A DNA stretch of 64,000 bases, taken from assembly GCF_006345805.1 (NCBI RefSeq), contig NC_043006.1, forward strand, positions 64,914,001-64,978,000. Direction: 5' to 3'. Positions 36,799 through 49,059 of the stretch are shown here, in pieces; position 1 is the stretch's first letter, and the number at the start of each line of letters is the position of its first letter. This DNA is from Octopus sinensis (Eukaryota). Under the pieces are notes generated by a model. The model saw only the letters and a program-made list of their open reading frames with translations, was not told where the DNA came from and ran no database searches. The position numbers and the translations under genes are program-made.

Positions 36799-37818
36799 TA
36801 TATATATAGTTATATTTATTGTGCTCATTCAATGTGTTCTACAGGCACCGTAGCCAATGTATTATTCCTACATTCAATAATATGCTAATTTCTCAGTTGT
36901 ATGCTACTGGTTTCAAATGTTAATATCTAGGGGAGATAAGCAGCTCCCAGAGGAGATATCTCTGGAAAGTAGCAAGTGTACAGTTGGTTATATGACTAAT
37001 AACTATATCTATCTCATTGTGTAACACCTGGAATTGGTAGATGGAAACTGTATGGAAGCTTGTGTGTGAATTAAAATTTTTGCAAAATGAAACTATTTGA
37101 ACAAAACAGCAATCTAATGTTGACATTTCATTTTGAATATGAGTGGAATAAAGAAATCTTTACTGAAAAACAGGTAAGGGTTGGTGATGGGAAAGGCATC
37201 AGGTCATTAAAATAATACCCCAAAAGTATTTGTTCAGCCCATGCTTTGAAAGATGTGAAATAACAAACAAGGCAGTGTTTCATCGCTGGATGCTCTTCCT
37301 GTCACCAACTCTTATGTTTTACAAGAGATTATTTTGTTATTCCTCTACAGCAGAGGTATATGACAATATTCATTGAGAATATTATAAACATGAACCTCTT
37401 ACCCATTTCCATGGCACACTGTGCCAGTGATACATTAAAGGCACCCACTACACTTGAAGTGGTTGTCATTAGGAAGGATATCCATCTGTAGAAACCATGC
37501 CAAATTAAACCAGAATCTGGTGCAGCCCCTCAGCTTGCCAGCTCTGGTCAAACTGTCCAACCCATGCCAGCATGGATAATGGACATTAAATGATGATGAG
37601 GATACATATATAATATTTGTTTCTATATTATATTTTCTAGAAGTAAAATACATTTCATATCATTTGCTATATTGTGTGTCAAAGAGGAGAAGGATATAGC
37701 AGTCAACTCCTGGAATTGCACCTCAAATAATGACAGAAGACCTAAAAAGATGGGATGGTCATCTTTTGGAACGCCTTTAGTAGGATTAGTATTGATCTGT
37801 GGTGAAACGTCAACTTAC

Positions 37819-38011
37819 CACTTTGCAGTAACTGAATGACCTTCATCTGCTCCTGCATGAGATGAGAATCCACGACACAATTTTATCATATAAGTCTCTC
37901 CGAGATTGGGTGAACTGTGATGATGAAAATGAAGGGTCTTGCTGAAGTTCACAACAGCAAAGTCACCCACTGAGCTTTTGTGATTCCATCTTGACGTTCT
38001 TATAGATGTAC
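37819..38011 (-). CDS. Candidate exon of an unidentified minus-strand gene (TSIRTSRWNHKSSVGDFAVVNFSKTLHF...HSVTAK)
   Basis: Strong acceptor tctcttatcttccatcttcag and donor gtaagt; one frame open across 193 nt; unique, non-repeat sequence; no homology recognised. Confidence 0.4.
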
Positions 38012-38528
38012 CTGAAGATGGAAGATAAGAGATGGTGAAAATTTAGTGTCAAATTTTGTGAGGAACATTCTGGAAACTTTGACACAAACACTCCCTATCT
38101 GCTAACATTTACATTGATTAAAAATATGATTCACAACCAAGATTAGTTTTAAATCTCTTCATGCATTCATAAACAAAATCTCTGTGTGTCCGTGTATATG
38201 TATGTACATAGCACAGATATTGTGTAATCTAGTCAACGACCAGGTTGTAGCTTGTGCAAGGCTATAATAGAAAACACTTGTCATACAGTGGGACTGAACC
38301 TGGAACCATGTAGTTAGGAAGCAAGCTTCTTACCACACAGCTACACTTGCACCTTCATATATGTATGTAGATATGTGCACACACACAAATATCGAACAAA
38401 TAAAGCACACACACATATATATATAATAATGGGTAAAGTTAATTAATCAATTTATAATTAATATTTTTTTTTACCAAGTAGTTTGGTATGTTAAAAGAAC
38501 CATTATTGGTAAACTTATACAAAAATGT

Positions 38529-38845
38529 TATAATTATAAGCATAATTATAATTAGGGTTTAGCAAAATTGCTTCACCACATACCGAAATTTAGAAATAGC
38601 AGTTATATACTATTCTACTACCATAAGATATCTCCCAGACAGCAATACTCTACAACTCACGCAAGTAAAGAGAAAAAATAACGAATCCACCCAGCTTCGT
38701 TATTCGCTATTTTTTTCTCTTTACCTGCGTGAGTTGGGAGTATTGTTACCTGGTAGTAGAATAGTATTTAACTGCTATTCCTAAATTACGGTAAGTGGTG
38801 AAGCAATTTTGCTGAACCCTAATTATAATTATGCTTATAATTATA
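38529..38845. mobile_element. Near-full-length palindromic foldback MITE (~315 bp)
   Basis: Left arm tataattataagcataattataattagggtttagcaaaattgcttcacca... mirrors the right arm ...tggtgaagcaattttgctgaaccctaattataattatgcttataattata; the inner arms also pair. Confidence 0.78.
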
Positions 38846-41279
38846 AAATTTGTGTGTATATATATATATATATATTTCTTTACTACCCACAAGGGGCTAA
38901 ACATAGAGGGGACAGACAAAGGGATTAAGTCGATTACATCGACCCCAGTGCGAAACTGGTACTTATTTTATCGACCCCGAAAGGATGAAAGGCAAAGTCG
39001 ACCTAGGCGGAATTTGAACTCAGAATGTAATGACAGACGGAATTTTGTCAGTGAACAGGTCACAGTCTCAAAGTAACGAAAATATTTTGGCAAATAAAAT
39101 TTAAATGTTGAAGTGAATCTAACAGTTTTTGTGTGTTTTAAATGGCTTATAAACACCTTCCACACTGCAATTGTTTTTGTTCCAGCACATGATCTCAGAT
39201 CAGGTCACTTGCTATGCAGTTACATCTCCTATATAAAACTCAGTATATGCAATAGGAACAGCACTAAATTAAAATTGCCGTCTGTGTGTGAGCAGCCTTC
39301 GATATTTTCTTTCCAAAAGGGTTTTTCCAACCAATATTTACATGCTATTATTTATAGGTTTAAGATGGCGAGCTGGCATTTCTTGAAACTTTATACAAAA
39401 ATTCTAGACATCAATAATATATATATATATATATATATATCATCATCCTTGTCGTCATTTAACATCTGCTTTCCATGCTGGCATGGGTTGGACGGTTTGA
39501 CTGAGGGCTGGCGAGCCAGAAGGCTGCACCAGGCTCCAATCTGATTTGGCAAAGTTTCTACAGCTGGATGCCCTTCCTAACACCAACGACTCCGAGAGTG
39601 TAGTGAGTGCTTTTTATGTGCTACCGGCATGAGGGCCAGTCAGGCGATACTGGCATCGACCGCGGTTGAATGGTACTTTTTATGTGCCACTGGCACAGAA
39701 GCCAGTCAGGCAGCACTGGCAACAACGACGATCGAATGGTGTGTTTTATGTGCCATGTATATATATGTGTGTGTGGAATGGAAACCCCCTTCGGTCACAA
39801 ATGACCATCGGATTGCACCTAGAAAGTTACCCTCCGAGGCACAAGGCCAGCAGTCACCCATGCTTACCAGCCTCCCGTCTCCACGCCACCGATGTCATCC
39901 AAGGGAAAGGCAAAGGCCGATGCAGCTTGGCACCAGTGACGTCTATATATATATATCATCATCAAACTTTAACATCCGTTTTCCGTGCTGGTATGGGTTG
40001 GATGGTTTGACCAGAGCTGGCAGGCTGGAGAGCTGCACCAGGTCCCAGTCTGATTTGGCATGGTTTCTACAGCTGGATGTCCTTCCCAATGCTAATCACT
40101 TTACAGTATGTGCTGGGTGCTTTTAATGTGCCACCAGCAGGAGTGCTTCTTACACACACACACATATGATGAACTCACCCGTTGAAGACGATGTATGAGT
40201 GTTCAGTTTTTGCAGAATGACCTGCACAGGTGATTTGTTTATAGGGAACAAATGTATTTGCTGTACATCAGCTCACTCCTTCCATCAAACTGACATTGCC
40301 TGAACAGGTGCACAGGGTACCACACAACAGGTGTCAAAGTGATATATATAGAGAGAGAGTGCATTCTCCCATTGCTTTCAACATACGAGGGTTTCACAGC
40401 CAACATTATAACTTGTTGGACTATCCACTCAAATTATGTTTTCAGTGGTGAAGATTTGTGTAGGACCAGCCATGCTTTTTAAAAATGCTGAAAGCAGAAA
40501 GCTGTACAAATATGTCACAAATTCAATGACTAACATACTTCAAGTTTTTTTGTCAGAGTTCCCCATATCCTGGGTTAGTAGCCCCCACCATGACTCAGAA
40601 TCCAACCCACACTGGTAGGCTACCAAACAAGAAATTCGTAAGTTTTCATGCACCATCATCACCATTATCATTCATTTTCCTTGCTGGTATGGCTTGACAG
40701 GAGCTGGAAGGTTGCACCAGGCTTGAATTGTGTTTTCTCATGGTTTCTATGGCTGGATGCTCTTTCTAATGCCAGCCATTTTACAGAGTCTAATGGGTGC
40801 TTTTTATGTTACATTAGCACAGGAGGTTTTTATGTGGTGCCAACACAGGTGCCTTTTATGCAATGCTGGCATACACACACACATGCACGCACACACATAC
40901 ACACACGTATATATCTCATGATTGGATGGCCTTTGATTCTCCCAAGTTCTTCCAACTTTGATGAGTCTTCACCTCACAAGCTGTCCAAAGACCAACCTAC
41001 TCACTAAATAGGTTTGGTGGTGTTGTTGCCTGTTTAGTCCCTGACTGCTTGACTATGCAACAAGTTTGTACTGGTTTACATGTTACCTTGGTTGCATGTC
41101 ACTCATGAGTGACCTGACTTAACATGTGTGTGTGTGTGGTTGTCGTTTGTCAAGCAGTTTTTTTTTTACAGATTTTCTTTTTGATAGGGCTACATTTATG
41201 AGTCAAGTGTAGACTAGAATAGTGTCCTTGGCATCTGGAATGTTGTCAAAGACTCACGGTCCTTTCAAATTAGCCAGTG

Positions 41280-41760
41280 GGGCATCAACCATTGATATGC
41301 ATGAGAGATGGTCTGAGAGAGGATCTAGCTATCAAAGAAGACTATGGTAGTTTCCCAGGTTGGAAATTATGGAGAACTTTTATTAAATTCTTTGGCTTAG
41401 TAGTGCAACCAACACTAAATGAAGTCTCAGCTGGGCCTGTCCAAGACAGACGGGTAGAATTAAAAACTCATTCAACACTGGAACATTGTTGTCAGATTTA
41501 GGATGCACTTAGCAGTCAGCCAGCTCCCTTGTAAGCATCATTCAACTGCCTTCCTTTGGGGGAGGAGGGAGGCAAGCAGTTTCCAGGATCCTGCACTGCT
41601 GATTTCCTCTGCAAAACTGGGATAACTGTGGCCCATATAGGAAATGAGCCCCATGAAGTGAGGTGGTTGCTGCAGCAAATGTCACTGGCCATTTCCAACA
41701 GCAATGCCATCATGGTTATGTGAGCAGAGCATGGCTGAACAGACCATTTGTTCTGGGGTC
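41280..41760 (-). mobile_element. LINE reverse transcriptase remnant (start of RT)
   Basis: WATVIPVLQRKSAVQDPGNCLP corresponds to the W..A.I.P..KK....DP.NYRPI motif. Confidence 0.6.
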
Positions 41761-42578
41761 TACTTCTCTCTCCACTAACTTCTGCTGCTTAATCCCTCCC
41801 TTTTTCTTTGTTTCCTTGTATTTAAATTGGGATTCAATCTTTATATAAATTAAACTAATTCTCTTTGAACAAAATAGTTCCTTTTTGGTGAAGCTTTCAT
41901 CAATTTAAATATCATTTGAAGAGGAGGATGAAAGAGTAGTTTGATGTTGTTAAGTGAGCCTTCTCCATCACAGGGTCTGGTTCCTGTGTGGTGTGGTGGC
42001 TTGCATGAGAATTATGCCAGCAGAGTGCAAGTTCCTGGTATGATCTCCCACATTGGACAGGTCAAAGGACAGTGGTTAGACTCATATGGACCACTTCTTC
42101 CTTGAGGTAAAAATGTGCAGGGCCAACACCCCTACCGAGAAAAGAACAAAACCACAAGCATTGGTAACAATTCAAAACCAACCAACAAAATCTGGGAAAG
42201 GAAAGCCTTCGTTCATCAAAACTTATAACCTAATACTCACAAAGGAAGCAAAAAAGAGGATGCACTAAAAATAGCTGGGGCAGGATAGTGAGGCAGAGCT
42301 GCAAGAAATAAGGATCCAGTTGGTGAGAAGCAGAAAAAGCAACCCAGAGTTGAGAACAGCAGAGAGAAGTTGTTGATGACCCTTTCTCCAAAGAAAGTGA
42401 AGGGCTTGAGTAAATAAATGGGCCTACTACAAACATCTTGTTGCAGACCAGAGGAAGTACTTGCCTTGATAGGCAAAGTACTCAATAATATGTGGGGCCC
42501 CTTGCTTGATTGTAAAGTGTTGTCTCACTATTGGGACACAATTGTTTTATATTTTTTTACATTATATTTCATTTAATA

Positions 42579-42753
42579 CAGTTCTCTATTTAAGAGATGA
42601 GAGGAATTATGTACACTATTTACAATTGACGGATATTTGTCCTCATGTTGTTTGTTGTTAACACAACGTTTTGGCTGATATACCCTCCAGCCTTCATCAG
42701 GTTATCTTGGGGAAATTTCAAACCTGGGTTCTCATTCCTAAGGTATTTTTTTA

Positions 42754-42784
<31 letters not shown>

Positions 42785-43095
42785 TAGGTTACTGCCTGGA
42801 GTCGAACATGGAATCTTGGGGTTAGTAGCATGCACTCTTAACCGCAACACCATATATCCACATATGGCATAGTGCTTAAGGGCGCGGGCTACTAACCCCA
42901 AGATTCTGAGTTCAATTCCAGGCAGTGACCTGAATAATAATAATGATAATAATAATGATATCAAAAAATACCTTAGGAATGAGAACCCAGGTTCAAAATT
43001 TCCCCAAGACACCTGATGAAGGCTGGAGGGTATACTGGAGGGTTAACAACAAACAAGACGAGGACAAATATCTGTCAAATGTAAATAATGTAAAC
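42579..43095. mobile_element. Palindromic foldback element with two outward-facing tRNA-like heads and two hammerhead-like motifs
   Basis: Left and right arms are reverse complements. Terminus TA-cagttct.tatttaagagatga; A box ~42865, B box 42908-42919; CTGATGA at 43013 (+) and at 42694-42700 (-). Confidence 0.75.
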
Positions 43096-43264
43096 AATTT
43101 CATTTAATGTTTCTCTCTCTCTTGATGTAAACCTTCCCACCACTGTCAAGAAATGTCCTTATTTGCTGTCCTTGTGGCAATAAAAGATATCATCATTTGG
43201 TGGGTTGGTAGAATCATTAGTGCGATCTAAGGAAGATTTGTCTGCTATTTCTAGCAGGTTGAGC

Positions 43265-43620
43265 AATTTTGAGAAGGACTGAGAGAGCAATGGTGAGAGA
43301 AATGTGTGGGGTGAAGCTGTTTGATAAGAAGAGGATTGAGGACTTGATGGGGATGCTGGGGGTTGGAGGAATCAGTGGAATGGCTGGCAAGGGCAAATGG
43401 AGTGTGGTGGTATGGGCATGTGTTGAGGAGGGTGCTAGAGTTTGAGGTATATGGACAGCGAAAGCGGGGTAGACCAAGGAAAATGTGGAGGAGGAGATTG
43501 GGAGGGTTGGTTTAAGAAGGGCGGACGCCCAAAACCAGGCAAGATGGTGTGAGAGTGGTTGCTATGGCATTGAGGTAAATCCGACCACCCCTGTTAACGG
43601 GGACAAGATCTAGATTTAAA
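43265..43620 (+). mobile_element. RTE-like LINE 3' remnant (second family)
   Basis: RRTERAMVREMCGVKLFDKKRIEDLM...WYGHVLRR...KRGRPRKMW. Confidence 0.75.
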
Positions 43621-45019
43621 GTGATGGATGGTGGATGAGCAACCACTACCAGTTTCCTCATTGAAGAGATACAACCTGTGGAGTAACAATTTCATGATGT
43701 GGGTTTTGTAAGTTTATTGAGAAGAGTTTAAATCCGTTATCTGCATGCCAAACCTGTGGCAGGTTGAGCATAGAGAGAGATGGTCCCTGGTAGACTGTGA
43801 TGTCCGAGATATGTTAAATGTGGACAGGGTTTCAAACAGTAACCCCAAACCTGTTTTTTTTTTTTACTCTATTTCTAATAAAGTACATTGCATGTGTATC
43901 TTCTTTATCTTTTATGTTTTACTTGTTTTAATCATTGAACTACAGCCATGCTGAAGCATAGCCTTGAGGGGTTTCAGTTGAATAAATCAACCCCAGCACT
44001 TAAAAAGTAGTCTGGTTCTTATTTTGTCAGTGCTTCTTTTTTTTTTTTTTGCCAAGAAAAGTTACAAGGCTTGAGTAAATACATGGACCAACCACAAACA
44101 TCTTGTTACAGAGCAGAAAAAGTACTTGTCCTTGCTAGGCAAAGTACCCTACAATATGAACATCGGTTGTCAGATGGTGGCGGGGGGACAAACACACAGA
44201 CACACACACACACACACTCGCTTTCTCATGCCAATTTCATGAGCAGAGAGAGAGAGAGAGAGAGAGAAAGATATTTGCTCAAGATTATGTGAAGTAGGAC
44301 CAAAATCAGGATGTCAAGATTGTGAAGGGACCTTGTTAATTATTCAGTGATGCTGCAGTAAGTAGCAGGAAATCTTCCCTAAAGTCAAAATTTCTTAAAG
44401 GAGTTGGTGTCTGAGTTCATGGCATAAAGCAGACAGGACACAGGGTGTATAGCACAGCAGTCTGTCAAAAGGACCAGTCCTGGATTGATACGATACTTAT
44501 TCCAACTAACTACAGAGTTTGTAGCTTTTCTGTACATCAACCAGAGATGCATCTGGACACATCTTCAATGATGCTTCTTGGGGGTCATTAAATGTTTTGG
44601 GATCTTTCAACATTGGACACCCTCACTCAAGTGACCCAGCGGCAGTTGATCAAACCTCAGCTTGGGTCTTGTTAGCACTAGCCCTGCTAGTGGCTGAGTT
44701 AGTAAAGGCATGTGGCTAAACGGTGAGGTTGTGAGCTCAATACCTGGTAGCATGTTGTATCCTTGAGCAAGAGACTTTATTTCATGTTGCTCCATTCCAC
44801 TCAGCTGGCAAAAATGTATTGTGCCAGCCTTTTCATTTTCTGTGTCATGCTGAATCTCCCTAAGGACTAATTACATTAATAGTATGCATGTCTGTGGAGA
44901 ACTCAGCCACTTTCATGTCAATTTCATGAGCAGGCTGTTCTATTAATCAGATCAACTGGAACCCACACCATTGAAACTGATGGAGTGCCAGCCTTAGCCC
45001 TAGCAGCCCAGTTCCTTTG

Positions 45020-45265
45020 AAGGCTCACACCTCCAGATCCACGGACACCTTGAGGAAACCTCTACTGCCTCAACAGCAAACCTGATGGTCTTCTGCCTAC
45101 TGGCCCCTGTAATGCCCAGTATGTTATAAGCTCTGTAGAGGGATTAGTTTACAAACCCTTTGCACTCAACTTTGATGGGATCACACCTTCCTTGCATAGC
45201 CCCTCCAACTCAGTATATTTCCTTCTCTTACTCTCATTTGCCTCCTCCATGTGGTCCTCCTAACC
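45020..45265 (-). mobile_element. HERO/NeSL-type non-LTR retrotransposon 3' remnant (restriction-like endonuclease region)
   Basis: Minus translation EDHMEEANESKRRKYTEL...DPIKVECKGFVN*SLYRAYNILGITGASRQKTIRFAVEAVEVSSRCPWIWR parallels the HERO motif WE..EEA.ERK..KY.EL...PIEVGCRGF...AE.ASRWLW. Confidence 0.7.
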
Positions 45266-45757
45266 ACCTGCTTGGATGCTTTTAACTGCAAGTAATTTGA
45301 ACTTAGAAACCTGTAATTTGTAATCTAATATCTCCTTCGCTGACTTATCACTGTACACAATAACAAGGGGGCAGGGTAAACAGAGGGCAGCTTTAGATGC
45401 AGTTTGAGAGGTTACCTAAGGCCACGAGATGGCAGAATTGTTAGCATGAAGGACAAAATGCTGGGCAGTAGTTTGTGCTTCTTTACAATCTGAGTTCAAA
45501 TTTTGCCAAGTTTGACTTTGCCTTTCATCCAGGGTCAATGACATAAAAACCAGTTAAGCACTGGAGTCGATGTAGTCAACTACCATACCCCTTCTTCAAA
45601 TTTCAGGCCTTGTACCTATAGTAGAAAGGTGATTATGGTTGTTGTGCAGCACCCCTCTTCATAAGTCAGTCTTTTAGACAGACCCACTTATGGCACACAT
45701 CTATCTGGTCATAGACCTGGATGTGACCCAATGCTTCAGTATTTCCTATATACTATA

Positions 45758-46138
45758 GTGGAGGCGCAATGGCCCAGTGGTTAGGGCAGCAGATTCATAG
45801 TCATAGGATTGTAGTTTTGATTCCCAGACTGGGTGTTGTGAATGTTTATTGAGTGAAAACACTTAAAGCTCCACGAGGCTCTGGCAGCGGGTGGTGGAAA
45901 ACCCTGCTGTACTCTTTCACCACAACTTTCTTTCACTCTTTCTTCCTGTTTCTCTTGTCCCTGTATTTCAAAGGGCCAGCCTTGTCACACTCTGTGTTAC
46001 CCTAATATCCCTGAGAACTATGCTAAGGGTACATGTGTCTGTGAAGTGCTCGGCCACTTGCACGTTAATTTCATGAACAGGCTCTTCCGTTGATTGGATC
46101 AACGGGAACTCTTGTCGTCATAAAAGACGGAGTGCCAC
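45758..46138 (+). mobile_element. tRNA-headed SINE family D (second copy 26238-26605)
   Basis: A box TGGCCCAGTGG and a degenerate B box; two highly similar ~380-bp copies. Confidence 0.8.
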
Positions 46139-48194
46139 ATATGACAAATAAATCAAATTCGATGACTGGTATCCGTACTAGTGGAGTGCTAAGAGTACTA
46201 TATGAGCATGATCGTTGCCAGAGCAACAAGCTGGCTTCTGTGCTGGTGGCACGTAAAAAGCACCATTCGAGCGGGATTGTTACCTGCATTGCCTTACTGG
46301 AGCTCGTGCCAGTGGCATGTGCAAAAACATTTGAGTGAGGTCGTTGCCAGTGCTGCTGGACTGGCTCCTGTGCAGGTGGCATGTAAAAAACACCATTTGA
46401 GTGTGGCCGTTGCCAGTACCACCTGACTGGCCCTCGTGCCAGCGGCATGTAAAAGCACCCACTACACTCTCAGAGTGGTTGGCGTTAGGAAGGGCATCCA
46501 ACTGTAGAAACTCTGCCAGATCAGACTGGAGCCTGGTGCAGCCATCTGGTTCGCCAGTCCCCAGTCAAATCGTCCAACTCATGCTAGCATGGAAAGCAGA
46601 TGTTAAATGATGATGATGATGATTTGACTGACAGATTTAACCTAAAGCTTCCTATTGGTCAACTGTTTGATGAAAGGTTTTCTAGCCATGACCATCATGT
46701 CTTTCAATGCATTTACATCTTTTCATTTTTTTTTTATCATTACTATCTTTAAATGGTGGAATCTGGTTTGATGGCTTTTGGCTGCTATTTCTAGCATGCA
46801 GAGTGATCACTTAAAGCATTGAATTTATAAGTGAGACTTCAATCCTTTACAACTAATTTATCTTTAATCTTTTACTTGTCTCCATCAGTTATCAGAATAA
46901 AAGATTTGGATGGAGTTACCTTCTCTTAGACGAGCAATTAAAGAACTGGAGGGCCTCACCTGCTCTAGGTCTGCTGAGGTGTGTGTCAGGGACTATTTGC
47001 AGAGGTATGCTAAATAACTCATAGCTGGGTGGGCCTTGACAGCCGCTAGTACTCTGGATGAGAGTAGACCTGGGAACAAAAGTGGATAAGAAGTGATGCT
47101 ACACTCCTCAAAACCCTGGAACTCCTGAACCAGGCCTCAATAACTGGATGTAGCTTAAAGTCATACCCAACCAGAAATAATAGAGTACCAGTAAAATTCT
47201 GGGTTCAAACATAACCAAAGAAATTTTACCTTTCATTCTTCCAAGGGTCAATAAAATAAGTACCAGTCATAGAATGTGGTTGGATCAATAAGCTGTCATT
47301 TGCAAATATATCACCTCTTTGTGGCTATCTTTTAGCTTTTACTCGTTTCAGTCATTAGACTGTGGCCATGCTGGGGCACCACCTTGAAGAATTTTTAGTT
47401 ATTTGAATGAATGGACCAACTCCAGTTCAAACACTTTTCCATGGAAGATTGCAAATTACATTGTTTCGTATGATGGTAATATTTGATGGAAATTTAAGCA
47501 GGAGGGCTGGCAGAATCGTTAGCATGCCAGACAAAATGCTTAATGACATTTCGTTCATCTTTATGTTCTCGTAATTTCATTCAGGTTGACTTTGCCTTTC
47601 ACCCTTTCAGGGTCAAAGAAATAAAATGTAATCAACTATAGACACAGGAGTGGTTGTGTGGTAAGTAGCTTGCTTCCCAACCACATGGCACCTTGGGCAA
47701 GTGTCTTCTACTATAGCCTTGGGCCAACCACAGCCTTGTGAGTGGATTTGGTAGACGGAAACTGAAAGAAGCCCGTTGTATATATGTGTGTGTGTGTTTG
47801 TGTTTCTCCCCCATCACCATTGTTTGACTACTGATGGTGGTGTGTTTATGTCCCCTGTAACATAGCAGTTTGGCAAAAAAAAAAACAATAGAAGTACTAG
47901 GCTTACAAAGAATAGGACCTGGGGTTGATTTTCTCGACTAAAGGTGGTGCTTCAGCATGGCCACAGTCAAATAACTGAAAAAAGCAGAAAAATAACATCC
48001 TCCTCCAAAATTGCTGGCCTGGAGCCAAAATTTGAAATCATTATTATTCAGGTCACTGCCTGGAATTGAACTCGGAATCTTGGGGTTAGTAGCCCGCACT
48101 CTTAACCATGGGTATATGGCATAGTGGTTCAGGGGGTGGGCTACAAACCCCAAGATTCCGAGTTCGACTCCAGGCAGTGACCTGAATAATAATA

Positions 48195-48945
48195 GTGTTC
48201 ATACTCGACAGAATGTAAGAACCTTGAGAGAAAAGTTGGACCTAAGAAGCATCAGTTGCAAGAGAGACGTTTGCACTGGTATGGTTATGTGACGAGAATG
48301 GATGAAAATATTTGTGTGAAAAAGTGCCACACCCTAGCGGTTGAGGGAACTTGTGGAAGAGGTAGACCCAGGAAAACCTGGGACGAGGTGGTGAAGCACG
48401 ACCTTCAAACTTTAGGTCTCACCGAGGAAATGACTAGAGACCGAGACCTACGGAAGTATGCTGTGCGTGAGAAGACTCGACAGGACAAGTGAGACCATAA
48501 CCCATGGCCTCTACCTGGGATGTGGCCAATCCACTTATGCATACCTTTCCTTCTTGGGACACAAAACTATACTTGTGAAGACCTGTTGAGGCATGTGAGA
48601 GTCAGAATCAAAATCGAAATCGATCAACATCAATAGAAATTGTAGGTGTGATACCTGTGCCGGTGGGCATGTAAGTGAACCATCCGAACGTGGATGTTGC
48701 CAGCGCCGCCCCGACGGTGGCACGTAAAAAGCACCATCCGACCGTGGCCGTTTGCCAGCCCTGTCTGGCAGCTGTGCCAGTGGCACGTAAAAAGCACCCA
48801 CTACACTCACGGAGTGGTTGCCGTTAGGAAGGGCATCCAGCCGTAGAAACATTGCCAGATCAGACTGGGCCTGGTGCAGCCTTCTAGCTTCCCAGACCCC
48901 AGTTGAACTGTCCAACCCATGCTAGCATGGAAAGCGGACGCTAAA
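48195..48945 (+). mobile_element. RTE LINE 3' end with a 12-bp target-site duplication (tgaataataata)
   Basis: QERRLHWYGYVTRMDENICVKKCHTLAVEGTCGRGRPRKTWDEVVKHDL plus 3'UTR; direct repeats at 48183-48194 and 48946-48957. Confidence 0.9.
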
Positions 48946-49013
48946 TGAATAATAATAATAATAACATTGAAAAATACCTCAAAAATGAGAACCCAGGTTC
49001 GAAATTTCTGCAA

Positions 49014-49059
49014 GACACCTGATGAAGGCTGGAGGGTATATCAGTTGAAACGTTGTGTT
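49014..49059 (+). ncRNA. Minimal type I hammerhead ribozyme motif (Penelope-like, dimer-type), intact core
   Basis: Stem I GACAC/GTGTT; core CTGATGA plus an extra A; stem II GGCTG/CAGTT; GAAAC; palindromic AACGTT stem III; predicted cleavage after GUU (49054). Confidence 0.65.

Noticed and set aside
46900-47170. Minus-strand exon with good splice sites
   Set aside because: The plus strand resembles an RTE-type ORF2 tail, so the splice signals are probably incidental.
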